Shown here: positions 19,625 through 28,610 of the stretch, piece after piece
Layout: every line of letters starts with the position of its first letter
How positions within the stretch are numbered: the first letter of the stretch is position 1
Assembly (NCBI GenBank): GCA_038042445.1
Contig: JBBTED010000006.1
Span: 1 to 42,128, forward strand
Direction of reading: 5' to 3'
Length of the DNA: 42,128 nucleotides
Origin: Candidatus Firestoneibacteriota bacterium
GTDB taxonomy: Bacteria > Oederibacteriota > D2-FULL-39-29 > JBBTED01
Position numbers and translations under genes: made by a program
The notes under the pieces: model-generated
Database searches by the model: none
The model's input: the letters and a program-made list of their open reading frames with translations, nothing else
What the model was told of the DNA's origin: nothing

Positions 19625-22456
19625 ATGAATACTAAAATGCATCAAAATTTATTCTATAAAGAACAATATAATGCAATAATTTTAGGTGGAGGGATATCCG
19701 GTGTAAGTTTAGCACTACGATTAGCAGAAAAAAAGAAAAAGGTTCTTATTATTGAACAACGTCCAAGTTTTTGCTGGGAAATTACTTCAGCTTTTCAGAA
19801 TCAACTCTTTGAAAATGAGTCATTATTTGATGCAAGTTTTCGTCAAAGTTTACTTTCTGCTGGTGGATTACGCAATAATCTAATTGATCCACCAATTTTT
19901 GAAATATTGGTAAATCGTATGCTTAAACGCAAAAATATTGATATATTGCTTTATTCATACCCTTTAGAATTAATAACAAAAGATGAATTAGTTATTGGAG
20001 TAATTATTGGAAGTAAAAATGGAATTCAGGTTATTAAAGGAAATCTATTTGTAGATGCTACTGAAAATGCAGTATTGTGGAAACAAACCAATGTAGATTT
20101 TGAGGAAACTCAAACTTATCCTGTTAAACAAAGGATAGTTTTCAATGGAATTGAAAAAAGAGTGAAATTTCCACTTATTTTTGAGAATGTAGCAGGTGTT
20201 AATAATATTTCAGTTTATCCGTCAGTTTGGAAGAAAGAAGCTTATATTGAATTTACTATTCCTGAACATTCTATATCTTCAGTAAGACTTAAGCTTATTG
20301 ATGTAATTTCTTTTGTCCGTAAAAATATCCCTGCATTAAAATCTGCAATAGTTACACATACAGGTTTTGAACCTTTTCCACTGGATACAAGTAGTCATTT
20401 GAAACAAAGTGTTGTGAAAAATCCTTATGTTAAGAATCTTTTTGGATGTGGATTATGGATAATTCCAGATAAATGGATAAGAGAAAAAAACAATACAATT
20501 ACAGGAAGGATGCAATTAGCAAAAGAAACAGCTATGTCTATTTTAAACAGTTCCAATTCCAATATTGCTATTCATGATGAATTATTTGCTAAACTTTTGA
20601 ATAAAAATAGAGGGGAGAGAGAGAAAAAAGATTTTACACTAAATTCTGATGTTATTGTAGCAGGAGGTGGAACTGCTGGTGCATTAGCAGGTATTTCAGC
20701 AGGTCGTAAAGGTGTCCAAACTACAATTATTGAAGCAGGAACTGCACTTGGTGGTATAGGAACCTGTGGTGGAATTCATATTTACTATTACGGTACACGT
20801 GGTGGATTACAAGATGAAATAGATTCTCGTGTTTCTAAAATATCTTCTTTGTTTGCAGGAAAATATAAAGTCACTGGTTTTCATCCTGAAGCAAAAAAAT
20901 TTGTTCTTGAACAAATGTGTAAAGAAGCTAATGTTGAAGTAATCTATGGGAGTACTGTATTTGGAGTTAAAATTAAAAATCACCACATTTGTGGATTATC
21001 TGCTGTTAATTCTAAAGGAAAAATGAATTTCAAAGGAAAAGTAATAATTGATTCAACAGGTGATGGAGATGTTGCATCTATGTCAGGAGTTCCTTTTATA
21101 ATTGGTAGAGAAACGGATGAAATTCAGCATACTTATAGCCAACCTGTTGGACATCTTGATGAAAATGGCAAAATGGAAGTTGTTAACTTTGATTCAGGAA
21201 TTGTGGATACATTGGATATTTGGGACTTAACCAAAGCACGTTGTAGTGGAATAATTCAATATTACAAGAAATCTTTTAACGAAGAAAATCGCTTATTATA
21301 TATTGCTCCGTTAATAGGAATACGACAAAGCAGACAGATAACTGGAGATTATCAACTTACTTTATTAGATCAGGTCTCAGGAAAACGTTTTGCAGATTGT
21401 ATAAGCTATACAACAACACATTATGACAATCATTTATTTGATTGCGAGAATCAAAGTGATGAAGCTGTTTTATGGGTGTGGATGCTTGGAAATTGGATTA
21501 AAAGAATAAATTGTGAAATTCCATATAGGTGTATATTGCCAAAAAACATTGAAGGTTTGTTAATTGCTTGTCGTTCAGCTTCAATGACAGCTGATGCACA
21601 TTATGGATTTCGTATGCAAAATGATATACAACGTATTGGAGAAGTAGCAGGTATTGCTGCAGCATTATCAATAAAATCTAAAAAAACACCTCGTAAGTTA
21701 AACATAGAACTCTTACAAAATGAACTAAGAAAAACTGGAATATTGAATTCTAAAAAATATCTGTTAAAACCACCAATAAAATGTGAATTATCAGTTAAAA
21801 AACTAAAAAAATTGCTACTTTCAAAGGATAAAGAAAAATTTAAAGATGCAGTATGGAATTTATCACATATTAAAGACAAAAGAGTAATAGCAATCCTAAA
21901 AGATATATTTAATTCTGCTTCTGGAACCTTGAAATTTTGGATTGCAGTTATTTTGGCATTCCAGGGTTTCAAAGATAATAAAGTAGTTTCTGAGCTATGC
22001 AAATGTGTTGCTACTCGTTGCAATATTATTCCTGAAGGGCATAAAACAGTACCTTTATGGCAATCTGCTATTGTTTTACTTGGTAAAATCGGTAAATCAG
22101 GTGCAATACCTGTATTATTTGATGTTTTAACAGACAAAACTGCAAATTTAGACACATTAATCAGTACTATTAGAGCATTAGGTCGTATTCGTGATAAATC
22201 GTCAATTCCAGTGTTATTACAGTTATTCAACCGAACTGATTTACCACATATTAGGAATTACCAAATTTCAAGCAGATATGCATTATCTCAAATCAATGAA
22301 AATGCACGTTGGCAAATTGATCTTACGATATGTGAAGCTTTAGTGAATATTAACAAAAAACCACCATTAAAAATCATTCAAAAATATCTTAATGATAACC
22401 GTGGATATGTTCGCCGTTATGCTAACAAAATCTGTAATAAATATGCCAAAAATTAA
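19625..22456 (+). CDS. Tandem FAD-dependent oxidoreductase domains + C-terminal HEAT repeats
   Basis: Two Rossmann motifs (GGGISG, GGGTAG), VDATE/IDSTGDGD, IPYRCILPK and GEVAGIAAA; AIVLLGKIG/TIRALGRI repeats; SD GGAGG. Confidence 0.85.
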   Translation: MNTKMHQNLFYKEQYNAIILGGGISGVSLALRLAEKKKKVLIIEQRPSFCWEITSAFQNQLFENESLFDASFRQSLLSAGGLRNNLIDPPIFEILVNRMLKRKNIDILLYSYPLELITKDELVIGVIIGSKNGIQVIKGNLFVDATENAVLWKQTNVDFEETQTYPVKQRIVFNGIEKRVKFPLIFENVAGVNNISVYPSVWKKEAYIEFTIPEHSISSVRLKLIDVISFVRKNIPALKSAIVTHTGFEPFPLDTSSHLKQSVVKNPYVKNLFGCGLWIIPDKWIREKNNTITGRMQLAKETAMSILNSSNSNIAIHDELFAKLLNKNRGEREKKDFTLNSDVIVAGGGTAGALAGISAGRKGVQTTIIEAGTALGGIGTCGGIHIYYYGTRGGLQDEIDSRVSKISSLFAGKYKVTGFHPEAKKFVLEQMCKEANVEVIYGSTVFGVKIKNHHICGLSAVNSKGKMNFKGKVIIDSTGDGDVASMSGVPFIIGRETDEIQHTYSQPVGHLDENGKMEVVNFDSGIVDTLDIWDLTKARCSGIIQYYKKSFNEENRLLYIAPLIGIRQSRQITGDYQLTLLDQVSGKRFADCISYTTTHYDNHLFDCENQSDEAVLWVWMLGNWIKRINCEIPYRCILPKNIEGLLIACRSASMTADAHYGFRMQNDIQRIGEVAGIAAALSIKSKKTPRKLNIELLQNELRKTGILNSKKYLLKPPIKCELSVKKLKKLLLSKDKEKFKDAVWNLSHIKDKRVIAILKDIFNSASGTLKFWIAVILAFQGFKDNKVVSELCKCVATRCNIIPEGHKTVPLWQSAIVLLGKIGKSGAIPVLFDVLTDKTANLDTLISTIRALGRIRDKSSIPVLLQLFNRTDLPHIRNYQISSRYALSQINENARWQIDLTICEALVNINKKPPLKIIQKYLNDNRGYVRRYANKICNKYAKN

Positions 22457-22476
22457 GCAAAAATAATTGCGTGTTT

Positions 22477-22528
22477 GTCATGCTGAATTTTATTTCAGCA
22501 TCTTGATTGCTGATAAATCAGCAACTAC
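22477..22528. repeat. Tandem REP-like hairpins (GTCAT type + reverse GTAG type), likely bidirectional terminator region
   Basis: GTCATGCTGAA-ttttat-TTCAGCATCT and TTGCTGAT-aa-ATCAGCAA-CTAC between convergent genes. Confidence 0.7.
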
Positions 22529-22534
22529 AATCCA

Positions 22535-22562
22535 AGTTAACATAATGTATCTTATCGGACTC
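22535..22562 (-). other. dif: dif-like XerC/XerD recombination site
   Basis: Minus strand GAGTCCGATAA-GATACA-TTATGTTAACT; XerD arm 10/11 to E. coli TTATGTTAAAT; 11-6-11 layout; at the gene-orientation switch. Confidence 0.8.
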
Positions 22563-22629
22563 TCTTATTGGCAATAAAAATTAATTAAAGATTAGATACA
22601 ACAATATATAAGCTTTTATGCACATTCAA

Positions 22630-23133
22630 TTATTTTGATTCTGATTTTTTGGTTAGCCCTTTTACTATATCGCCTACTTTTGAACCATTTTTCCAAAACC
22701 AACCTTGATTTACTTCCAGGACATAAGAAATTTTGTTTTTTGATGTTTTACTTCTCAAATCAAATGGCTTTAAATCTAATAACTCTGTTATAACTCCATT
22801 TTTATCTATGAATGCCAAAGATAACGCAATTTTAGTATTTTTCATCCAAAAACTTGCATATTCTGGTTTTGAAAAAACAAACAACATACCGTTATTCCAA
22901 TCCAAATTTTCTCTAAACATCAACCCAATTGTTCTTTTTATTGCAGTATCTGCAACTTCAACAATCAAGTTATAACCGTTAATAGATATTGTGATTTTCT
23001 CATTTTCATTGTTCGAAAATAGGAATTTTGTAAAAGGTGGAAATAATAATATGGAAACTGAAATCAGAATTAAACAAAATTTTTCTAATATAAATGCAAA
23101 AAAACGTTTTAACATAATATGTAAAAACTTCAT
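22630..23133 (-). CDS. DUF192 family protein
   Basis: EVADT...GLMFR...GMLFVF...FWMKNT...YVLEVNQG. Confidence 0.92.
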   Translation of the reverse strand: MKFLHIMLKRFFAFILEKFCLILISVSILLFPPFTKFLFSNNENEKITISINGYNLIVEVADTAIKRTIGLMFRENLDWNNGMLFVFSKPEYASFWMKNTKIALSLAFIDKNGVITELLDLKPFDLRSKTSKNKISYVLEVNQGWFWKNGSKVGDIVKGLTKKSESK

Positions 23134-23135
23134 TT

Positions 23136-24914
23136 TTATTTTTGCACTCCAGTGGATTTAACTTCATTTTCTGACGGAGTTTCAGTTTCTGCAAGCGGTT
23201 TAAATTGTGTTTCATAAAGTCTTGTATAAATTTCGCACTTGTTTAATAATTCATCATGTTTTCCAACATCAACTAACTGACCGTTTTCCATTACAACGAT
23301 TTTATCAGCACGTAATATTGTCGAAAGCCTATGTGCAATTACAAAAGTTGTTCTATTTAACATTAGTTTTTCTAATGCTGTTTGAATCATATATTCAGTT
23401 TCTGAATCTAATGATGATGTTGCTTCATCAAGAATTAAAATTGGAGGGTTTCTCAAAATTGCACGTGCTATTGATATACGTTGCTTCTGACCGCCAGAAA
23501 GCTTGACTCCCCTTTCACCAATAGGTGTTTTATATTTTTTAGATAGTTGCAATATAAAATCATGTGCATAAGCTGCTTTTGCAGCTTCAATAATTTCAGA
23601 AGTATTTGCATTAAGTTTACCATATCGTATATTATCCCTAATACTACCACTGAATAAAAATGTTTCCTGCAAAACAATTCCTATTTGTGAACGTAAAGAG
23701 TTTAATGTTACACTTTTAGTATTATATCCATCAATAAAAATAGCTCCTGAAGTAGGATCATAAAATCTTGCCAACAAATTAATAAACGTAGTTTTTCCAG
23801 CACCGCTTGGCCCAACTAATGCAACCATTTCACCTGGATTAACGACAAGATTTATGTTATGTAATATTAATTTCTCAGAAGTATAAGAAAATGAAACATT
23901 TTTAAATTCTATGTGGCCTTTTATCGCAGGTAATTCAATTGCTCCGTTTTCATCAGCAATATCAGCTTTTGTATCAAGAATGTTAAATATTCTTTTTACT
24001 GAAACTAAAGCACGTTGCAACATATCATTAAATTGTGTAGAACGAACTATTGGGGCATAAAGATATCCTAAAAAAGTGTAAAATGCTACAAGTTCACCTG
24101 TTGTTAAATATCCACGTATTACCTGATGTCCACCAAACCAGAATACAATTGCAGTCCCAATTGATGAAATTACTTCTGCAATTGCCCAAAGTGTTGTTCC
24201 AAGAGTATTGAGATACATATTCCATTCAAAATTTGTTTTAACACCTTCTTTAAAATGCTTTGTTTCGTAGTTTTCCATTCCAAACGATTTTACAACTCTT
24301 GTTCCAGATAAAGATTCATGTAGATTTCCTAATACTTTGTCCCATTGACGTCTTGATAATCTGCTGGCATGAACAATTCTATCCCTAAATGCTGCATAAT
24401 TAAGCGCAAAAAATGGCAGAACAGTTATAGATAGAAAAGCTAATTTCCAGTCCATTATAAAAAGAATTACAAGAACAATCAGAAAAGTGGCAGTATCAGT
24501 GATTAAATTAATTAATCCATTGATTATTACATTATATACAGCATCAACATCTCCTGTAATTCGTGCAATTATTTTACCTGTTTGTCTTGTTTCAAAAAAT
24601 TTCAATGAAAGATTTTGTAAATGATGGTATATGTAGACACGTAAATCAAAAACAAATTTTTGTCCAATCCAGGTTATAATATAATTTCGCAAAAAAGAAA
24701 ACATTCCACGAATTATAAAAATAATTATAATTAGAACAGATATCCAATTTAATGATGTAGTTTTTCCCTGTAATAAAATATCATCAATTATTATTTTTAT
24801 TATCCATGGCAGGGGTAATGTTAAAATAGATGTGATTATAACACATATTATTCCAATTGTTATTTGAAACTTATATGGAATTAAAAAGCGTAAAAAACGT
24901 AAAAGCTCTTTCAT
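23136..24914 (-). CDS. ABC exporter, fused TMD-NBD (MsbA/Sav1866-like)
   Basis: TM domain; GPSGAGKT, LSGGQKQR, ILDEATSSLD and IAHRLST. Confidence 0.95.
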   Translation of the reverse strand: MKELLRFLRFLIPYKFQITIGIICVIITSILTLPLPWIIKIIIDDILLQGKTTSLNWISVLIIIIFIIRGMFSFLRNYIITWIGQKFVFDLRVYIYHHLQNLSLKFFETRQTGKIIARITGDVDAVYNVIINGLINLITDTATFLIVLVILFIMDWKLAFLSITVLPFFALNYAAFRDRIVHASRLSRRQWDKVLGNLHESLSGTRVVKSFGMENYETKHFKEGVKTNFEWNMYLNTLGTTLWAIAEVISSIGTAIVFWFGGHQVIRGYLTTGELVAFYTFLGYLYAPIVRSTQFNDMLQRALVSVKRIFNILDTKADIADENGAIELPAIKGHIEFKNVSFSYTSEKLILHNINLVVNPGEMVALVGPSGAGKTTFINLLARFYDPTSGAIFIDGYNTKSVTLNSLRSQIGIVLQETFLFSGSIRDNIRYGKLNANTSEIIEAAKAAYAHDFILQLSKKYKTPIGERGVKLSGGQKQRISIARAILRNPPILILDEATSSLDSETEYMIQTALEKLMLNRTTFVIAHRLSTILRADKIVVMENGQLVDVGKHDELLNKCEIYTRLYETQFKPLAETETPSENEVKSTGVQK

Positions 24915-25717
24915 TTAACTTTTATACGGATATTTGCAGTCATTCCAGGCATAAAGTTTTTTTCAGTGATAGCATCAACAATAATTCGTATTTTAAATTT
25001 TGATACTTCACGATTAATGGTTAAACCTCTATATTCTTCAGCAGCAGAAGCAATATCTTTTACATATCCTAAAAATACCTTATGCGGATATGTATCAACT
25101 TTTATATAGACTTTTTGACTAACTTTTACTTTACCAATATCTCTTTCTGCAATATTAGCAAGCAGATAAATATAATTTACATCAGTGATTTTAACTATAG
25201 GCATTCCAACTTTTACTACTTCCCCTTGGTCTGCACTTTTTTCAGTTACAGTTCCAGAAATTGAAGCAGTCACTATAGCATTTTCTAATTTTGTTAAATC
25301 AATTTTATACTGTGCGTATGCCATATCATAATTAGCTTGTGCTATTTCAAGCTGACGTGCTGGTATTACTCCTTCCTGATATAATTTTTCCATTGTTTTT
25401 AAGCTTTTTTCAGTATTTTGATAATTTATTTGTGATTTTGATAGATTTTGCTCGAGTTCTTTTTTTTCTAACCGAGCAATAATCTGACCAGCTTTTACTG
25501 TATCTCCTTCTCTAACACCAAGCCATTCTATTTTTCCATCCATTTTTGCACTAAGTATTACATCCGGAGAAGCAAAACGTGTTTCTGTTGAATACACATA
25601 TAACTTGCCTAAATATAGCCATGTTATTAGAATAATCAAACTTATTACTAACATTCCAACACCTATAGCTAAGCTAATTTTAATAATCAAACTTATTCCA
25701 TTTTTTTTGTGTGACAT
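24911..25717 (-). CDS. HlyD/EmrA-type periplasmic adaptor
   Basis: One N-terminal TM; VREGDTVKAGQ lipoyl-like motif; coiled hairpin; PGMTA. Confidence 0.9.
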   Translation of the reverse strand: MSHKKNGISLIIKISLAIGVGMLVISLIILITWLYLGKLYVYSTETRFASPDVILSAKMDGKIEWLGVREGDTVKAGQIIARLEKKELEQNLSKSQINYQNTEKSLKTMEKLYQEGVIPARQLEIAQANYDMAYAQYKIDLTKLENAIVTASISGTVTEKSADQGEVVKVGMPIVKITDVNYIYLLANIAERDIGKVKVSQKVYIKVDTYPHKVFLGYVKDIASAAEEYRGLTINREVSKFKIRIIVDAITEKNFMPGMTANIRIKVK

Positions 25718-25780
25718 AATTTTTTAACTATGGTCTGTGACCAAAGGGAATGGTGTAACCGCTTTTTCCACCAGACCATA
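25718..25780 (-). repeat. TATGGTCTG element, copy C (long form)
   Basis: Minus strand TATGGTCTGGTG-gaaaaagcggttacaccattccctttggtc-ACAGACCATA-gttaaaaaatt-ATG. Confidence 0.85.
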
Positions 25781-25782
25781 AT

Positions 25783-27078
25783 TTATTTTTCTCCCCCCAC
25801 TACTTTTATGAATTTTGCTTTTGCAATCGCATAGTCATATAATGCCTGTTGATAATTACTTTTTGCTTCTGTTAATGTAAGTTGTGCAGTAATGATCTCA
25901 AAACTCGGTATTAAATTATTCTCATAACGAATTTGTGCCTGACGCAACCCTTCTTTTGCGATTTCAACATTTTTCTCTCTTAATTTAATGATTTCTTTGG
26001 ATTCTGTCAAGACTCTATGTGTGTTTCTTATTTCTGCCTCAATTTCAAGCTCAATATTTTTATGTTTTAACTTTATTTCTTCTATTGCAAATTCAGACTG
26101 TTCTTTTGCAATTTTATCAATGCCACCATAATAAATGGGAATATTTAAAGCTAATCCAATTTGCCAATTAAATACTAATTTGTCATCTGGTGGAAATTTA
26201 TTTGCCCGTTCAATAATAGACATATCATTTGACAAACTAAAAGTTGGAGAATATTTCAACAAAGATAATTCATAATTAATATCTACCAATTTTTTTTCTA
26301 AAATTACGGAAGATATTTCTGGCCGATTTAAAATTGCATTTTTAATTGCATCATTAACATTAGGTGAAAAATAATCCAGAGAAAATTCGCCATTTATTTC
26401 TACAGGTAGAGATATATTTCTACCGATTATTCGATTAAAGTTTTCATAATTCTTTTCCAATATATTTTTATTTTTCAAAATAAGAGCCTTAGCATTATAA
26501 ACTTGAATCTCTGCTTGCAATACATCATACTGGCTTAGCTCGCCATTTTTAAATAGAATATTTGTTTTTCGCAAATGTTCATCCATTCTTGTTAATGCAT
26601 CTTCACTAATTGCAAGTGAATATCGTGCAAGCAAAATATCATAAAACGCAGCTTTTGTATCATAAATAAGCTGAACTTTTTTAATAGCATATTGAATTTC
26701 TTTTACCTGAGAATTTAAATCAGCAAAATTAACTGAAAGTGTAAGTCTATTCCACGTATATAACGGTTGATATATAGACATTTTACTAGTGTATGTTTCA
26801 GGTTTTTCTAATAGTCCTATTGCACTAGGTTCTGTAAGATGTGCATAGGATAAAGAAGTATCTATTTTAGGAAGTTTTGATGATTCCGCTTCTTTAATTG
26901 AAGTTTTTGCTGAGAGTATTGTATTTTGTGCACTAAGTATACCAAGGTTATTTCGCATAGCATAATCAATAGCATTTTCTATTGTGAAAATATTTTCTTC
27001 AGCGAAAATTGAATATAAAAAAAAGCTGCTGCAATGCATAAAAATGGCTATGAAAACTATTTTTATATAATATAACAT
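25783..27078 (-). CDS. TolC family outer-membrane efflux protein
   Basis: Signal peptide; AIDYAMRNN, LPKID, YQPLY, IPIYYGG; two OEP repeats. Confidence 0.9.
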   Translation of the reverse strand: MLYYIKIVFIAIFMHCSSFFLYSIFAEENIFTIENAIDYAMRNNLGILSAQNTILSAKTSIKEAESSKLPKIDTSLSYAHLTEPSAIGLLEKPETYTSKMSIYQPLYTWNRLTLSVNFADLNSQVKEIQYAIKKVQLIYDTKAAFYDILLARYSLAISEDALTRMDEHLRKTNILFKNGELSQYDVLQAEIQVYNAKALILKNKNILEKNYENFNRIIGRNISLPVEINGEFSLDYFSPNVNDAIKNAILNRPEISSVILEKKLVDINYELSLLKYSPTFSLSNDMSIIERANKFPPDDKLVFNWQIGLALNIPIYYGGIDKIAKEQSEFAIEEIKLKHKNIELEIEAEIRNTHRVLTESKEIIKLREKNVEIAKEGLRQAQIRYENNLIPSFEIITAQLTLTEAKSNYQQALYDYAIAKAKFIKVVGGEK

Positions 27079-27102
27079 ATATTGTATTTTTTATTCTAAA
27101 AT

Positions 27103-27447
27103 TTACCCAGCTGGCCAGGAAAATTTTCTTCCACCTAACAAATGCAAATGAATATGAAATACAGTTTGTCCAGCATCACTGTTGCAATTTAAAACTAATC
27201 TAAACCCGCTTTCTGCAATTTTGTTATCATTTGCCAACTTATTCGCAATAGCAATTAATCTGAAAAGTATATTTTTATCAGTTTCATCAATATCAAGAAT
27301 TTTTGGAATATGTTTACGTGGAATTATTAGTATATGTATTGGTGCTTGAGGATTAACATCTTCAAAAGCTACTATTTCTTCATCAGAATAAACAATTTTA
27401 CTTTTAATTTCTTTTTTCGCAATTTTACAAAATATACAATCTTCCAT
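27103..27447 (-). CDS. hinT: Histidine-triad (HINT) protein
   Basis: DCIFCKI and GQTVFHIHLHLLGGR. Confidence 0.95.
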   Translation of the reverse strand: MEDCIFCKIAKKEIKSKIVYSDEEIVAFEDVNPQAPIHILIIPRKHIPKILDIDETDKNILFRLIAIANKLANDNKIAESGFRLVLNCNSDAGQTVFHIHLHLLGGRKFSWPAG

Positions 27448-27471
27448 ATATCTTTCTTTCCCCTTATAATA

Positions 27472-27522
27472 GTAGAGACAGATTTACCTGCCCATTTATT
27501 GGGCGAGTAAACTCGCCCCTAC
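27472..27522. repeat. GTAG REPIN doublet (one arm degenerate)
   Basis: GTAGAGACAGATTTACCTGCCC ... GGGCGAGT-aa-ACTCGCCC-CTAC. Confidence 0.7.
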
Positions 27523-28610
27523 GTTGCAAAACGAAAATATACTATATCGCTATCTTTTATCTGATACTCTTTGCCTTCTACATTTAGTAAACCAGCATCA
27601 CGGACAGCAGATATTGAACCTAATTTTATTAAGTCGTCATATTTTATTACCTCAGCACGTATAAATCCTCTTTCCATATCAGAATGTATTTTGCCAGCTG
27701 CCTGTGGAGCTTTAGTTCCATTTTTTATTGTCCATGCTTTTAGTTCAGGTTCTTTTACTGTATAAAAAGTTATTAGTCCAAGTAATTTAACTGAAGACTT
27801 AATTAGTTTATCAAGACCTGACTCATCTATACCATAGCTTTTATACATATCTTTTTGCTCTTCTTTTGGAAAACCAGCTATTTCTGTTTCAATTTTTGCT
27901 GAAATTAGAACTATTTCAATATTTTCTCTTTTGCCGACATCTAATATTTTTAGAATTTTAGAATCATTCAAATTATTTATCTGATTTTCATCAGTGTTTG
28001 CAACATATAGCAATGGTTTAAATGTTAAAAGATTATATGCTTTGACTTTAAATTCTTCTTCTGCGGAAAAATTCAAATTCTTAACTGGAATACCATTTTC
28101 AAGAGAACTTTTAAGTTTTAACAATAATTCTCGCTCTTCCTCTGCTTCTTTACTTTTAGCTTTACACATTTTTTCCACAGTAATTAGTTTTTTTTCTATA
28201 GTTTCAAGGTCAGCAAGTAGCAATTCAATCAGGATGATTTTTATATCATTCTCCGGATCAATTTCATCAGTTATGTGTGGAACATTGTTATCAGAAAAAC
28301 ATCTAACTACTTCAATTATTGCATCTACTTCTCTAATATGAGCCAAAAATTTGTTGCCTAATCCTTCACCTTTACTTGCATCTTTAACTAATCCTGCAAT
28401 ATCTCGAAACTCAATATTAGCTGGAGTTAATTTTTCATGAGATATTAAAGTTGCCAATTTATCAAGCCTTGAATCTGGTACATTAATTATTCCTATATTA
28501 GGATCGATTGTTGTAAATGGATAATTTGCAACTGCGACATTTAAATTCGTTAATGCATTAAAAAGTGTTGATTTGCCTGCATTTGGTAAACCAATTATAC
28601 CTAATTGCAT
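27519..28610 (-). CDS. ychF: Ribosome-binding ATPase YchF
   Basis: GLPNAGKSTLFNALT, NYPFTTI, DIAGLV, GEGLGNKFL and TGS domain. Confidence 0.97.
   Translation of the reverse strand: MQLGIIGLPNAGKSTLFNALTNLNVAVANYPFTTIDPNIGIINVPDSRLDKLATLISHEKLTPANIEFRDIAGLVKDASKGEGLGNKFLAHIREVDAIIEVVRCFSDNNVPHITDEIDPENDIKIILIELLLADLETIEKKLITVEKMCKAKSKEAEEERELLLKLKSSLENGIPVKNLNFSAEEEFKVKAYNLLTFKPLLYVANTDENQINNLNDSKILKILDVGKRENIEIVLISAKIETEIAGFPKEEQKDMYKSYGIDESGLDKLIKSSVKLLGLITFYTVKEPELKAWTIKNGTKAPQAAGKIHSDMERGFIRAEVIKYDDLIKLGSISAVRDAGLLNVEGKEYQIKDSDIVYFRFAT

Noticed and set aside
23107..23134. Second XerD-arm-like sequence TTTTAACATAA
   Set aside because: No TTAT-initiated XerC arm after the 6-bp spacer, and it lies inside the DUF192 coding start; likely AT-rich chance.
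27072..27087. NrdR-box-like palindrome at the TolC start
   Set aside because: Single, imperfect and AT-rich, with no ribonucleotide reductase gene nearby.
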